A stretch of DNA of 64,000 nucleotides from Bacteroidia bacterium (GTDB lineage: Bacteria > Bacteroidota > Bacteroidia > AKYH767-A > 2013-40CM-41-45), in the NCBI GenBank assembly GCA_038230515.1, contig JBBRND010000024.1, forward strand, positions 845 to 64,844. Direction: 5' to 3'. Shown here piece by piece: positions 10,621 through 20,455 of this stretch; the stretch's first letter is position 1; each line of letters starts with the position of its first letter. The notes under the pieces were generated by a model. It searched no databases. It worked only from the letters and a program-made list of their open reading frames with translations, and was not told the DNA's origin. A program made the translations under genes and the position numbers.

Positions 10621-10665
10621 CGATTAGGCCCGCCCGGTTCGTTCCAGGCGGGTCTTATTCGTTGT

Positions 10666-11544
10666 ATGAATAAAATCATAAAAGAGTATTTAGAGTGGAA
10701 GGGGACTTACGCACCGAGAGCCAGTGTGAATTATAAAATTTGGCTTGACAGATTTGTAGAAGAGTGTGGTGAGAAACAACTTGACAGGTATGATGTATCT
10801 GACCTAGTAAAGTATCGCAATTGGGTGGAAGATCACTATAGTCCTTGCACAACTTCGCTGGCAATGGTTGTGATCAAAAATTTTCTTCAATTTTGTAAAA
10901 CACAAAATTACACCTGTCTCTCACCAACACTTGTCCGGCTGCCAAGAATAATTGCAAAATCTCATCGTGCTGTAACAGAGGACGAATTTCATAGAATCAT
11001 TTCTGTAATTCCTCAAAGTGAATTCATGTCGCTTCGAGATTTGCTCTTGATTCGCATGTTATGGGACACAGGAGTCCGTGTTTCGGAGCTTTGCGACCTA
11101 GATTTGTCTCAGATCAACGAAAATAAAAGATCAGCAGTTATTCAAACAAAAAAGACAGGAAAGAAACGAATTATTGTATGGTCTGAAGAGACACACAAAC
11201 TTCTTATGAAGTATGTACCAATGCGATTGGAGTTACACAAATTCAATCGTGCAAACGCACTCTTTATCGGATGGCGGAAGGGAAGGGGATGGAGTCTCCG
11301 GCTTACCACAAAAAGTGTACAAAGGACAATCAGATATTTTGTAGACCGAGCTGGCATCAAAGAAAAAATTACACCTCATAGTTTCAGGCATGGTTGGGCG
11401 CACAAGCGCAGAGATCAGAATGCTCCTCTTGCTTTTATTCAAAGGGGATTGGGTCACATAAATCCTATCTCAACTTTTGTCTACGAGCAATACAATGACT
11501 TGGAGTTTGAGAGAAATGCAAATACCTACTTAAAAGTAGCTTAA
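10666..11544 (+). CDS. Tyrosine site-specific recombinase (XerC/XerD-like small integrase)
   Basis: 292 aa. N-terminal SAM-like DNA-binding region. C-terminal catalytic motifs '...HSFRHGWAHKRRDQNAPLAFIQRGLGHINPISTFVYEQY' contain the R..H..R..Y residues. Confidence 0.8.
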   Translation: MNKIIKEYLEWKGTYAPRASVNYKIWLDRFVEECGEKQLDRYDVSDLVKYRNWVEDHYSPCTTSLAMVVIKNFLQFCKTQNYTCLSPTLVRLPRIIAKSHRAVTEDEFHRIISVIPQSEFMSLRDLLLIRMLWDTGVRVSELCDLDLSQINENKRSAVIQTKKTGKKRIIVWSEETHKLLMKYVPMRLELHKFNRANALFIGWRKGRGWSLRLTTKSVQRTIRYFVDRAGIKEKITPHSFRHGWAHKRRDQNAPLAFIQRGLGHINPISTFVYEQYNDLEFERNANTYLKVA

Positions 11545-11628
11545 TATTCCCAGCATATTCAATACTTTCGAACGGCATTTAAATAAAATGCCGTTTGCTT
11601 GTTTTTAATAACATAGGAACACTAGCCA

Positions 11629-14600
11629 TTATCGTGGTATTACTTTATACTTTGTGTCTCTTGTATCAAATGCTTCATAAGTTCCTTCCAAAATATCTAC
11701 CACTGTTTTATTGATAGTTGGATTTTCTAAGGCACCTGAATTGATTATTACTTTGTTCTTGTTGTGCTTCTCAATTTTAACATGAATGATTTGGTCTGCA
11801 TCACAAACAACGGCTAAGTTAGGGTTATGAGTCACAATAATGATTTGTCTTTTGTCCTTTGCTTTCTTGATAAACTGAGCAAGCAATTTGAAAACACTTT
11901 GGTTGTCCAAATTCTCTTCGGGTTGGTCAATCACTAGTGGAATATTGTTTTGGTCAAGTGCCAGATAAAAAATAAGAAGTAAAGCCCCTCGTTCTCCGGG
12001 GGACAATTCCGAAATATTTTTGTTGTTGAGTTTGAGTTTGTATGTCGGTTCTAAATATTCAAGCCCAAATAAAAAATCATAAAGTTCTTCCACTGAAAAA
12101 TCACTTTTCAACTGCTTTTCAATTTCTCTTTTTGGTCTGCCTAAACCTTCTCTCGTATCGTTTTTAAGATTATCAACTATGTCATCAAGCAAAGCAGTGA
12201 TTCCTTCTGCTGTTTTCCACTCATGCTGATTTAAAATTGAATTTAGTTTTTCTCTTCCCTCGGTAATTCCTATGAAACTGCCTTTTGCTCCTGCACTTAT
12301 TGGAGCAAAAAATCTATCTTCAAAAGCAGCCATTTTATTTTCAATGTCAAGTTTGATTTCATACTGTTCAAGAACTCCTCCGTAGCTTTCAATGAAGTCC
12401 GTTATCGGTTTGTAAAATGTTTTGTAAATATTCAGAATGTCATTTTTCTTTCCGAAAAGTTTTATCAGAATATCTTTTCTAAGAGTGGTTGCTTCTGAAA
12501 GGTCCGTCTTTAATTGTGTTTCAATGTATTTTAATTCTCCCTCGTAGTATTTCAAAGTTCCATATTGTTCTTCATCTCCTGTGATTGATTTTTCTATTGT
12601 TGTCCATTCAGCCAAATCATTTAAGTATTTCTGGAATTGCTTTGAAGGTTCATCTAATGTATTTTGAAGTATAGCTAACTGCTCTTTTAAAACCGATAAT
12701 TTTTTCGGCAAACTTTCTGTGTTGTTTAAATCTAAAAGTGTATTTATAGAAGTAAGTTCGCCTCTCAACTCTGTAATTTTTGAATTGATTTTATCACGGG
12801 TAATTTCAAACTTAATTACATCTTCAATATTTATTTCGTTTGCTGTTAGGGTTGGAGTAATTTCTCCTTTGATTTTTTGATACTGTGTTTCAAGTAAACT
12901 CAATGAACCTAAAATTTTTTCGAGCGAAGCGACAGAAACGTTAATCGCTTTCTGCTTGCCTGAACTTTCTGCAATTAATTTTTCTAAATCTGCCTGTTGT
13001 TTTCGTTTGGCTTCAATTTGAGCAGATACTTCTTTATTCTTCTCAACTATTTTAGGGTCACTTGGCGCTTCCTTTGCAGGAGTTTTGATTTGATTGTGTG
13101 CAAGCAAATCTTTTTTCTTCTGTTCCAAATTGCTTGCAAGTAGGTTCTTGTAAGAATCCGTATCTTTTTTTTCCAACTCAACAACTATTGCATTGGTCTG
13201 TTTTAAATCAAGCAATGTTTGGTCAATATCGTTCTGAATTGTATCTGTTCTGAACTTTGCTAACTCTTCTAAATTGTTCTTGCCAAATTTTTCTGCATCA
13301 GGAATGTGAGTGAAAATCACATTCCTTAATTCATCTTCAAAGTTCTCATGATTTTCATTGCACAATTTTTCAAGAAAACCTTGCGGAATGTATTTTACTT
13401 TTTCAATAGAAGTTGGATGAGGGTCGTTTGCTAAGTATTGTTCATCAGTTGTATTTGTTTCCCAAGTCAGATATGCATTGAAACTCTCTGCTCTGTTTGG
13501 TCTTGGTGCTCTGAATTTTGTTTTTCCCAGAAATGAAAAATCTCCACAATTTTGAGTGTTGCCAACTAAGCCAATGCAATCTGTCAATGCACTTTTTCCA
13601 TTTCCTTTGTTTCCGATTATTGCAACCAGTCCTGAATTGATTTCAACTTCTACATTTTCAAACCAAATTTCGTCAAGTCGTGAATCAGAAAGTTTTTGGA
13701 ACGAAAGTTTCTTGATGTATCGGTTGGGATTTTCATGCACTCGTTTTTTTAGTGGTGGCAAATCACCAACAAAAATTCTTGTGCTTTCATTTGCAACTTG
13801 TTTTAAGCCTTCAAAAGTTGTGTTTGCTTTTAGCCATGTAGAGCAATTACCAATTCTGTCTTTGTCTGCACTGTCAGAAAAATAATGTGCATCGCTGCAA
13901 TCAAGTAATTTATCATTTACATTTTGTTCGGTGAGTTTTTGTTTCTGCCTTTCATAACTGTCTGCACTTTCAAGTGCAGAGAAAACAAAATTTGCTTTGT
14001 TGATTACAGTTCGCTTTGTTCCTGGTGAACCGTCCCACCTCATTGTGTCCCACTCTGATTTTCCAACTGCTGTAAGAAACTTGTCCTTGAAAGTTGTTGC
14101 TTCTAGTTTTTGAAACAGAATTTCAAAATTGAAGGTTAAACTGTTGAAACCTGTTTTCAAATCTGAATCGCTGATTGACTTTGCAGATTTTTCTTTTACT
14201 TTTTTTCCAAGTTGAATAAGTGTGTCCGCTGTGACTATTTCATTAAAATCTTCTTCTGAACCATCAACATCAAACTTTAGTTTGTGTTGAACTGCATTCA
14301 AAAAATTTCTCTCAATTACATTTGCTGCAAGGGTGTCTGAAAAGATGATATGAAAATTTACTTTCTTCCAAGGGTCTTCTGAACCAAGTGAAGCAAATTT
14401 GTCAAGTCGTAATTCGATAACGGGAAGAATTAAATCAATGTTTTGCAATCTTCCTTTCAGTCTATACTCTAAAACTTTTCGATAGCCATCTAAAAATATA
14501 TAATCATTAATGCCAATCGCTTTAAATGTTGGCGGTAATTTTTCCAAATCAGTAATGAACTTTTCCCAAGCTGTTTCTGTGTCGCCACCATAACCTTGAA

Positions 14601-14676
14601 TAATCGAGCAAGGAGTATGAACATGCAAATCCCACTTACACCATTCTGACCCACGATGAAAATTTCTTTCGCTCAT
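11629..14676 (-). CDS. PHP-domain phosphoesterase fused to an SMC/ABC-type ATPase (Ppl-like single-gene defence candidate)
   Basis: N-terminal 'WDLHVHTPCS' and a later 'DCSDAHYF' His cluster, both PHP hallmarks. Walker A 'GNKGNGKS'. Long coiled-coil middle. ABC signature 'LSPGERGALL', Walker B 'LVIDQPEENLD' and His-switch 'VTHNP' at the C-terminus. Confidence 0.75.
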   Translation of the reverse strand: MSERNFHRGSEWCKWDLHVHTPCSIIQGYGGDTETAWEKFITDLEKLPPTFKAIGINDYIFLDGYRKVLEYRLKGRLQNIDLILPVIELRLDKFASLGSEDPWKKVNFHIIFSDTLAANVIERNFLNAVQHKLKFDVDGSEEDFNEIVTADTLIQLGKKVKEKSAKSISDSDLKTGFNSLTFNFEILFQKLEATTFKDKFLTAVGKSEWDTMRWDGSPGTKRTVINKANFVFSALESADSYERQKQKLTEQNVNDKLLDCSDAHYFSDSADKDRIGNCSTWLKANTTFEGLKQVANESTRIFVGDLPPLKKRVHENPNRYIKKLSFQKLSDSRLDEIWFENVEVEINSGLVAIIGNKGNGKSALTDCIGLVGNTQNCGDFSFLGKTKFRAPRPNRAESFNAYLTWETNTTDEQYLANDPHPTSIEKVKYIPQGFLEKLCNENHENFEDELRNVIFTHIPDAEKFGKNNLEELAKFRTDTIQNDIDQTLLDLKQTNAIVVELEKKDTDSYKNLLASNLEQKKKDLLAHNQIKTPAKEAPSDPKIVEKNKEVSAQIEAKRKQQADLEKLIAESSGKQKAINVSVASLEKILGSLSLLETQYQKIKGEITPTLTANEINIEDVIKFEITRDKINSKITELRGELTSINTLLDLNNTESLPKKLSVLKEQLAILQNTLDEPSKQFQKYLNDLAEWTTIEKSITGDEEQYGTLKYYEGELKYIETQLKTDLSEATTLRKDILIKLFGKKNDILNIYKTFYKPITDFIESYGGVLEQYEIKLDIENKMAAFEDRFFAPISAGAKGSFIGITEGREKLNSILNQHEWKTAEGITALLDDIVDNLKNDTREGLGRPKREIEKQLKSDFSVEELYDFLFGLEYLEPTYKLKLNNKNISELSPGERGALLLIFYLALDQNNIPLVIDQPEENLDNQSVFKLLAQFIKKAKDKRQIIIVTHNPNLAVVCDADQIIHVKIEKHNKNKVIINSGALENPTINKTVVDILEGTYEAFDTRDTKYKVIPR

Positions 14677-14769
14677 TTTGTACTGGTTTAAAATTAATTT
14701 CTTAAATTATTATTCGCACAATTTACACAAACTTAGATTTTAAAAATATATTTAGACTTTTATTTTAGC

Positions 14770-15114
14770 TTATAAAAGCTGAGAAATCTCTAGTCCATAT
14801 TTTCTGATCTCCGACATGAGAGGGGATTCAAGTTCAGCATATTCTGAAAGGGAAGCAGGGAAGGGCTCAATACGGGTATCAACTTTTCTTCGCTGCTTGA
14901 AAAGGTATTGCATTTCGTCAACGTTGTCGCTCCCGAACTTTGGTGAAACCACGCACACATCAATATCACTGGTTCCTGTTGCTTTATTTTTTGCATGAGA
15001 ACCAAAGACCACAAGCTTGCTGATAGGGATACCGCTGCGCTGTAAAAGCCTCCCGAATTGGAGAACCTTTTCCTGTACACCTTTATTCAATATGAACTCT
15101 GTTTTTTTATCCAT
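14770..15114 (-). CDS. Nucleotidyltransferase (MNT / MntA-like, Pol-beta superfamily)
   Basis: Motif 'VVFGSHAKNKATGTSDIDVCVV' (GS...D.D). Overlaps the HEPN gene by 28 nt. Confidence 0.75.
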   Translation of the reverse strand: MDKKTEFILNKGVQEKVLQFGRLLQRSGIPISKLVVFGSHAKNKATGTSDIDVCVVSPKFGSDNVDEMQYLFKQRRKVDTRIEPFPASLSEYAELESPLMSEIRKYGLEISQLL

Positions 15115-15479
15115 AAATATAAATTTGTTGTTTCACTGAAATATTTTTCAGTATAGGCCTCGGTTGCTTTCTTAAAAAACTTGAATTTGTAATCGTCATA
15201 CCGCGCTTTGATATTAAATGTATTGATCTCATCCATTAAATCAAGTTGCTCTTTTGAAAATGGAATTCCCGTCAACCCACTAAGCACAGATAAATTATGT
15301 TCATAGGGCGCCTGCTCTCCGGTTTTTTGCACTACTGCCGCTTTGAGAATTTTCTCAATCATCAGGTGGCAAAAGAAAAGAGAGTGTGAGAATCGTTTTG
15401 AAGAGAAAAGGGATTGAGCGGTTTTATAATCTTCTTCGGCACTTACGAGCCAATATTCAATTACATGACTTGCTTTCAC
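15087..15479 (-). CDS. HEPN-domain protein (HepT-like toxin partner of the MNT)
   Basis: 130-aa alpha-helical ORF with the 'AEEDYKTAQSL...HLMIEKILKAA' HEPN pattern, immediately upstream of and overlapping the nucleotidyltransferase gene. Confidence 0.65.
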   Translation of the reverse strand: MKASHVIEYWLVSAEEDYKTAQSLFSSKRFSHSLFFCHLMIEKILKAAVVQKTGEQAPYEHNLSVLSGLTGIPFSKEQLDLMDEINTFNIKARYDDYKFKFFKKATEAYTEKYFSETTNLYLWIKKQSSY

Positions 15480-16164
15480 ATGCTCATTGTAACACAGAGG
15501 ATAGGGGGAGGCAAGCGATCATTTCCACAGATGGGAATGCTTGCATCCGTTTTGGACTATGTTATACTCATGTCAGAAAGATTTTCTCAATGGGTTGAAA
15601 TATTGTGCAAATAGAAAGTATGCAATCCAATTTAATGTCGCACAATATATCTTAGGGAAAGTCAAGTTTGTTGAAAAATAAGGATGGAATCACTCGAAAT
15701 AGCCGTTGTGATTACATTTTCTTGTGTGTAGCGATCTGTGGAGTACAGGCAGCGATTTTCAGGATTCATTTAGGAAAGATTGGCATTGCCCGAAAGGGAC
15801 TCTCCGAGGCATCGGAGATGGAACGAACAATGCGAATTAAGTTAGACAACGGTTTGCGCAGCAGTGCAAGCCCGGCTCCATAGGTCGCTGTGCATAACAG
15901 CGGTCGTCATTATCAGCCAAACACACATTCAAGGAAACATGCAACTATTCAACATTTGCACAAAGAAGGACTATGAAAAAAACGGGGAACAAAAAACAAA
16001 GTGGTACAAAGTCGGAGTCATGAAGATAGCGGATAGCGGAAAAAAGTACATCAAACTTTTTCAGCAGCCGTCAACGGAATTCTTCGTCTTCGACAAAGAA
16101 GAAAATCCACAACAGGCAGAAGCGGGGAAGTAAAGCAACCCCTTATCAACCTAACAAAAACTGT

Positions 16165-16650
16165 ATGCAGCAATCGGGAACGACACCTGTACCCAATGTT
16201 CTTTTTGATTCCTGCCTGAAAGAATTAAAGTGCGCTGAACTCAAAGTGCTGCTTGTCATCATCCGGCAAACGCTTGGCTGGGCAGACAAACAAAGTGCTC
16301 TCGGTCGAAAGGAAATGGATTGGATTTCGGGGAGCCAGTTGAAAGTGAAAACCGGAAGTTCATCCCGCGCCATTTCAGCAGCAATCGAAGTGCTGATTAA
16401 AAAGGCACTCATTGAAGTTCTGGATGGACATGGAAATTTGCTTCATGATCCAACCATTCGTAAAGGAAGACAGCGCCTGTATTTCCGCCCTGCTTCAGTA
16501 CTTATCACACCTGTGGATAACGTGGGTATAAGCAGTGCATATCCCCTGCATTCAGAAAAAGCTTCTGCAAAAATTGCAGAGGGCTTCAGCAAAAAAATAA
16601 CTGGGCTTGCGCAAAAAATGCACATAACAAAAGAAACTCTACAAAAATAA
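16165..16650 (+). CDS. Phage/plasmid replication-initiator-like winged-helix protein (putative)
   Basis: 'LKELKCAELKVLLVIIRQTLGW...ISGSQLKVKTGSSSRAISAAIEVLIKKALI' resembles replisome-organiser / Rep N-terminal HTH domains. It sits directly upstream of a methylase/antirestriction module. Confidence 0.35.
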   Translation: MQQSGTTPVPNVLFDSCLKELKCAELKVLLVIIRQTLGWADKQSALGRKEMDWISGSQLKVKTGSSSRAISAAIEVLIKKALIEVLDGHGNLLHDPTIRKGRQRLYFRPASVLITPVDNVGISSAYPLHSEKASAKIAEGFSKKITGLAQKMHITKETLQK

Positions 16651-16762
16651 CTCTACAAAATTAGTAAGAATAAAAAAAAGAAAAATTCTTTTGCCTTTTG
16701 TCTTTGTCTTCATGAACACAAAAACTCGACACCTCTTTTTTCTTTTTGTTGTTTAACAATCC

Positions 16763-17107
16763 ATGAATTCAACTCGAAAATTATCAATCAACATGAAACA
16801 CAAAAACGCAACACCAAAAAATAATGATGACGAAACATTCCCCTTCACTTCCATCCACCTTGCAAAATTCAAGCGTGAATTGAAAGAAGCCGGAAGCTTC
16901 TTCAACCTCATGATTCAGAAAAAAGCACTCAGTAAAAAAATGGGAATGAAATACATTTCCCTGTACTACAATGCTGAAAAGTATAAACAGAAATTCCTGA
17001 CAAGAGAATATAAATCACTTCGTCCCATGTACGATACAGACATGCCGTACATCTTCTGGAGCGCGTTGCATGAAGCGCTCTTAAAAACCGAACCTGAAAG
17101 CGTATGA
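16763..17107 (+). CDS. Hypothetical protein translationally coupled (ATGA) to the Dam methylase; has a paralog fragment at 21490..21687
   Basis: The 4-nt overlap with the next start is read from the sequence. The C-terminal half aligns with the ORF at 21490. Confidence 0.45.
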   Translation: MNSTRKLSINMKHKNATPKNNDDETFPFTSIHLAKFKRELKEAGSFFNLMIQKKALSKKMGMKYISLYYNAEKYKQKFLTREYKSLRPMYDTDMPYIFWSALHEALLKTEPESV

Positions 17108-17889
17108 AGCCACCCCTGACCTACTACGGGGGAAAGCAAAAACTGTCGCAACTTATTCTGTCACTCATACCAAAGCACAACCTCTATTGTGAACCATTTT
17201 TTGGAGGCGGTGCAGTATTCTTTGCCAAAAGCCCTTCACAGATTGAGGTAATTAACGATACCAACGGAGACCTCATTACTTTTTACCGAGTAGTAAAAAA
17301 CAACTTCAAAAAACTACAGAAGGAAATACAGCCCACGCTGCACAGCAGGGAACACCACCAAGCGGCAAAGATTGTACTGGGCTATCCACGCCTCTTTGAT
17401 GAAATAAAGCGCGCCTGGGCGATCTGGACGCTTGCAAATGAAAGCTACGGCTCACGCCTTGATAACTCATGGGGCTATGACAGGAAGAAAAACACCTCGG
17501 CAAAACGGCTGCACCGCAAACGGGATAATTTCATTACGGATTACTCAAAACGATTAGAAGAAACAGAAATTGAAAATACCGATGCACTCAAAGTGATTGA
17601 GACTAGAGATAGCAAAGACAGTTTCTTCTACTGCGACCCACCGTACTTCAATTCTTCCAAAGGGCACTACCGGAATTACTCAGAAGAAGATTTTGAAAGT
17701 CTCCTGAAGTCGCTCTCCTCCATCAAAGGGAAATTTTTACTCAGCTCATATCCATCAGCTATTCTTCGCAAGTACATTCGAAAAAACCACTGGCATACCA
17801 AAGAAATTGAAATGTCGGTTGATATGACTGCGAAGTATCAATCGAACAAAAGAAAAACAGAAGTGCTGACTGCAAACTATCGGATGTGA
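17104..17889 (+). CDS. dam: DNA adenine methyltransferase (Dam-like N6-adenine MTase, D12 class; orphan)
   Basis: N-terminal 'YYGGKQKL...YCEPFFGGGAVFF...NDTNGDLITFY' and catalytic 'FFYCDPPY' motifs. Confidence 0.85.
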   Translation: MKPPLTYYGGKQKLSQLILSLIPKHNLYCEPFFGGGAVFFAKSPSQIEVINDTNGDLITFYRVVKNNFKKLQKEIQPTLHSREHHQAAKIVLGYPRLFDEIKRAWAIWTLANESYGSRLDNSWGYDRKKNTSAKRLHRKRDNFITDYSKRLEETEIENTDALKVIETRDSKDSFFYCDPPYFNSSKGHYRNYSEEDFESLLKSLSSIKGKFLLSSYPSAILRKYIRKNHWHTKEIEMSVDMTAKYQSNKRKTEVLTANYRM

Positions 17890-17981
17890 TAGTCGCAATC
17901 AAACGTTGATTTTTTTTACTGCAATTTTTTTCCGAAAAGATTTTTCATAACAGTTCTTTAAACAATTAAATCAAACTAAAT

Positions 17982-18881
17982 ATGGAAAATGCAAATCAAA
18001 CCGTTCAAACGCGTGATGTCTACGACATGGTCACTGAGCGCGTAATCACTCTTCTTGAAAAAGGAGTCGTGCCGTGGAAACAAACCTGGACTGAATCCGG
18101 TCTTCCGCAAAACCTCATTACCGGAAAGCCATACCGGGGAATCAATGTCTGGCTGCTCCTATCACTTGACTATCCGAAAAACTTCTTCCTCACATTTGCA
18201 CAAGCGAAAGAGTTAGGAGGGAATGTCAAGAAAAATGAGAAGGGACACCTGATTGTTTTCTGGAAGTGGATCGAGAAGGAAAACAAAGTCAGTCATGGGA
18301 TGGAGAAGATTCCTTTGCTGCGTTACTACAAAGTGTTTAACGTTGCGCAGTGTGAGGGTCTTCCTGAAAAAAAGATTCCCGAGACAACAAAACCCAATGA
18401 TCCGATTGGTGAATGTGAAAAGATCGTTGAACTCATGCCGAAGTGTCCTGAGATCAAGTTTACAGGCAGTCAGCCCTATTACAATCCAGTGCTTGACTTC
18501 ATCAACATGCCTAAGATAAAAGATTTCCAGAGTAGCGAAACCTACTACGAAACTCTTTTTCATGAGTTGGTACACAGTACCGGACATCAGAGCAGGTTGA
18601 ACCGAAAGGAGGTGACAGATTCCCGCTTTGGTAGCGCTCTGTATTCCATAGAGGAATTGACGGCTGAACTCGGTTGCTGCTACCTGAAGTCCTGTGCCGG
18701 TTTGAAAGAAGTTGTGCGGGATAACAACGTGGCATATTTGCAAGGGTGGCTGAAGAGACTACGTAGTGACAAGAAGTTCATTGTGTATGCAAGCGCACAG
18801 GCGCAACGTGCTGTTGATTTTATTCTGAATGTCATTCCTCGCAGCACTGATGAACCAATGGTAGAGGAGGTGTTATCATGA
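17982..18881 (+). CDS. ardC: ArdC-like antirestriction protein (ArdC-N ssDNA-binding domain + HExxH zincin domain)
   Basis: N-terminal 'VVPWKQTW...GKPYRGINVWLL' ArdC-N pattern. 'FHELVHSTGH' metallopeptidase motif. Confidence 0.75.
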   Translation: MENANQTVQTRDVYDMVTERVITLLEKGVVPWKQTWTESGLPQNLITGKPYRGINVWLLLSLDYPKNFFLTFAQAKELGGNVKKNEKGHLIVFWKWIEKENKVSHGMEKIPLLRYYKVFNVAQCEGLPEKKIPETTKPNDPIGECEKIVELMPKCPEIKFTGSQPYYNPVLDFINMPKIKDFQSSETYYETLFHELVHSTGHQSRLNRKEVTDSRFGSALYSIEELTAELGCCYLKSCAGLKEVVRDNNVAYLQGWLKRLRSDKKFIVYASAQAQRAVDFILNVIPRSTDEPMVEEVLS

Positions 18882-19099
18882 ATAATACATCAAGGAGTTC
18901 AACCGTATCAAAACGACTTTTGAAAGTGTATCGCGGACATTTCTGTTTGCGATTCGGTCACGTGTACAAATCGCATCCTGTAATTCGTCTCGGAGGAATT
19001 TATCTTTCCGCGCTTGATTTTCAGATTGGAGATGAGATTGAAGTTTATGCAGAGCGTGGCATGATTTTAATTACGAAGGTGGGTTCAGAAAGTGTTTGA
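18878..19099 (+). CDS. SymE-like (AbrB/SpoVT-fold) toxin family small protein
   Basis: 73 aa. 'PVIRLGGIYLSALDFQIGDEIEVYAERGMILITKV' matches the SymE/swapped-hairpin pattern. Overlaps the ardC stop (ATGA). Confidence 0.5.
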   Translation: MNNTSRSSTVSKRLLKVYRGHFCLRFGHVYKSHPVIRLGGIYLSALDFQIGDEIEVYAERGMILITKVGSESV

Positions 19100-19158
19100 A
19101 AAGTAAAGCCCGAGCAGTCGGGCTTTTTTAATACAATAAATCACAAAGGTCAAATACT

Positions 19159-19947
19159 CTAGTTTTTTTTCAGATTGAATTGGTAGTTGAGGTTTATATT
19201 GCAAATTTCCGTTGCGAGTATAACTAAGTAAAACCCGGGTACTGAATAGAAAATTGTTTTGTCACCATATCTATCTCTTATATCAGTACTATCATTAAAT
19301 TTTCGCCTAGTTACGTTTGATATGGATATTGATTCAAGAGTACCTTCCTTAAGAGCATATGATCTTAAAAATCCCCTATAGATAACATTCTCATTTTCTG
19401 ACTTTACCATTACATCAAGGAAAACAGCATCAATTTCAGGAATGTCCCTAAAGGTCACTTTTTTTTGAGTAAAATCTCTTCTATTCTCCTTAAAAAAAAC
19501 CGTTTGTCCGGTAAGTGTATAAAACCACGGATTTGCGAAACGAATTGACTTGAACTGTAAGTCTAAATTACATTCTCTAATCAGAACTCTAGAAAGCAAA
19601 CCACCGAATACTCCTACCAAACAAGTCAAGGAATTATACAGTATTATTTTTCCGAAACTTAATTTGATAGCATCCGAAATTTTATCATAGTTATTATTGC
19701 TCGGAGATGACCAAAGTAAGTTTATGACGTACTTAAAATTTATTTCACAAGAGGGGACGAGACTGTTTATGAAAAAAATAAATATTGAGTGTATAAAAAT
19801 TGAAACACCGACTATTTCACCAAGCTCTTGGAGTGCTGATTTCTTTAAGGATGAACGATCAAAATCTCCTGAGAAAAAAACAAAACTGAAAAGAAATCCA
19901 GGAAGGATTATTAAAAGGATTAGAAGAGTTGATGTTGCTAATGTCAT
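19159..19947 (-). CDS. Hypothetical multi-pass membrane protein
   Basis: 262 aa with several hydrophobic helices in the first ~120 aa. Coupled (ATGA) to the upstream 81-aa ORF. Confidence 0.45.
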   Translation of the reverse strand: MTLATSTLLILLIILPGFLFSFVFFSGDFDRSSLKKSALQELGEIVGVSIFIHSIFIFFINSLVPSCEINFKYVINLLWSSPSNNNYDKISDAIKLSFGKIILYNSLTCLVGVFGGLLSRVLIRECNLDLQFKSIRFANPWFYTLTGQTVFFKENRRDFTQKKVTFRDIPEIDAVFLDVMVKSENENVIYRGFLRSYALKEGTLESISISNVTRRKFNDSTDIRDRYGDKTIFYSVPGFYLVILATEICNINLNYQFNLKKN

Positions 19948-20189
19948 TGCGCGTGTTCAAGAACACGCGGGGGAGATTGCTTTTTTTTCCCTACTATTTT
20001 TTCTCCCTTTTCATTAATTGGAAAACCCTCCCTATCAACCTCATAGATGTCCATTGTATCATCGTCAATCTCCACAAGAAAAATGACATTATCCTTTTTC
20101 TCAGGATTAGACATATACTCAGTGAGCAGTTTTGCTTTGTAAGGATTGGATAACAACTTTACCACCCGATGACTGATAGGGTTCTTCAT
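19944..20189 (-). CDS. Hypothetical small acidic protein, first gene of a two-gene operon with the membrane protein
   Basis: 81-aa ORF with a 4-nt overlap with the downstream gene. Confidence 0.35.
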   Translation of the reverse strand: MKNPISHRVVKLLSNPYKAKLLTEYMSNPEKKDNVIFLVEIDDDTMDIYEVDREGFPINEKGEKIVGKKKQSPPRVLEHAQ

Positions 20190-20455
20190 ATTTTATACTA
20201 AAGAATAGAAAGCAAAATCTGGTCCAAATGAAATTTAAATCTCGGTTTAAAGGAGTAAGTTTTAGAAATAGACGTGTTGTTTTTTACAATTTCGGGTAAA
20301 TATAGTTTCGCAAAATCCAATTGTCAAGCCCTCAAATATCATGCAAATACAGAATTGATCCCAAATCATTGTAAATAAACGTAAAAACTTAATTTTTGTT
20401 TTAGAATTCTGGTAAGACCTTGAGAAATTACAGAATTCTGACTATTCAGGGTAGT

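Noticed and set aside
10600-10665. Possible tRNA/tmRNA 3' end (GGTTCGTTCC...GGCGGG) upstream of the recombinase
   Set aside because: No acceptor, D or anticodon arms could be built around it. It fits better as a simple 7-bp stem-loop within the palindrome cluster.
18213-18743. 176-aa and other antisense ORFs inside ardC, and many 60-120-aa ORFs antisense to mutS, metG, sppA and the caspase genes
   Set aside because: Contained within strongly supported genes on the opposite strand, with no motifs. Typical antisense noise.
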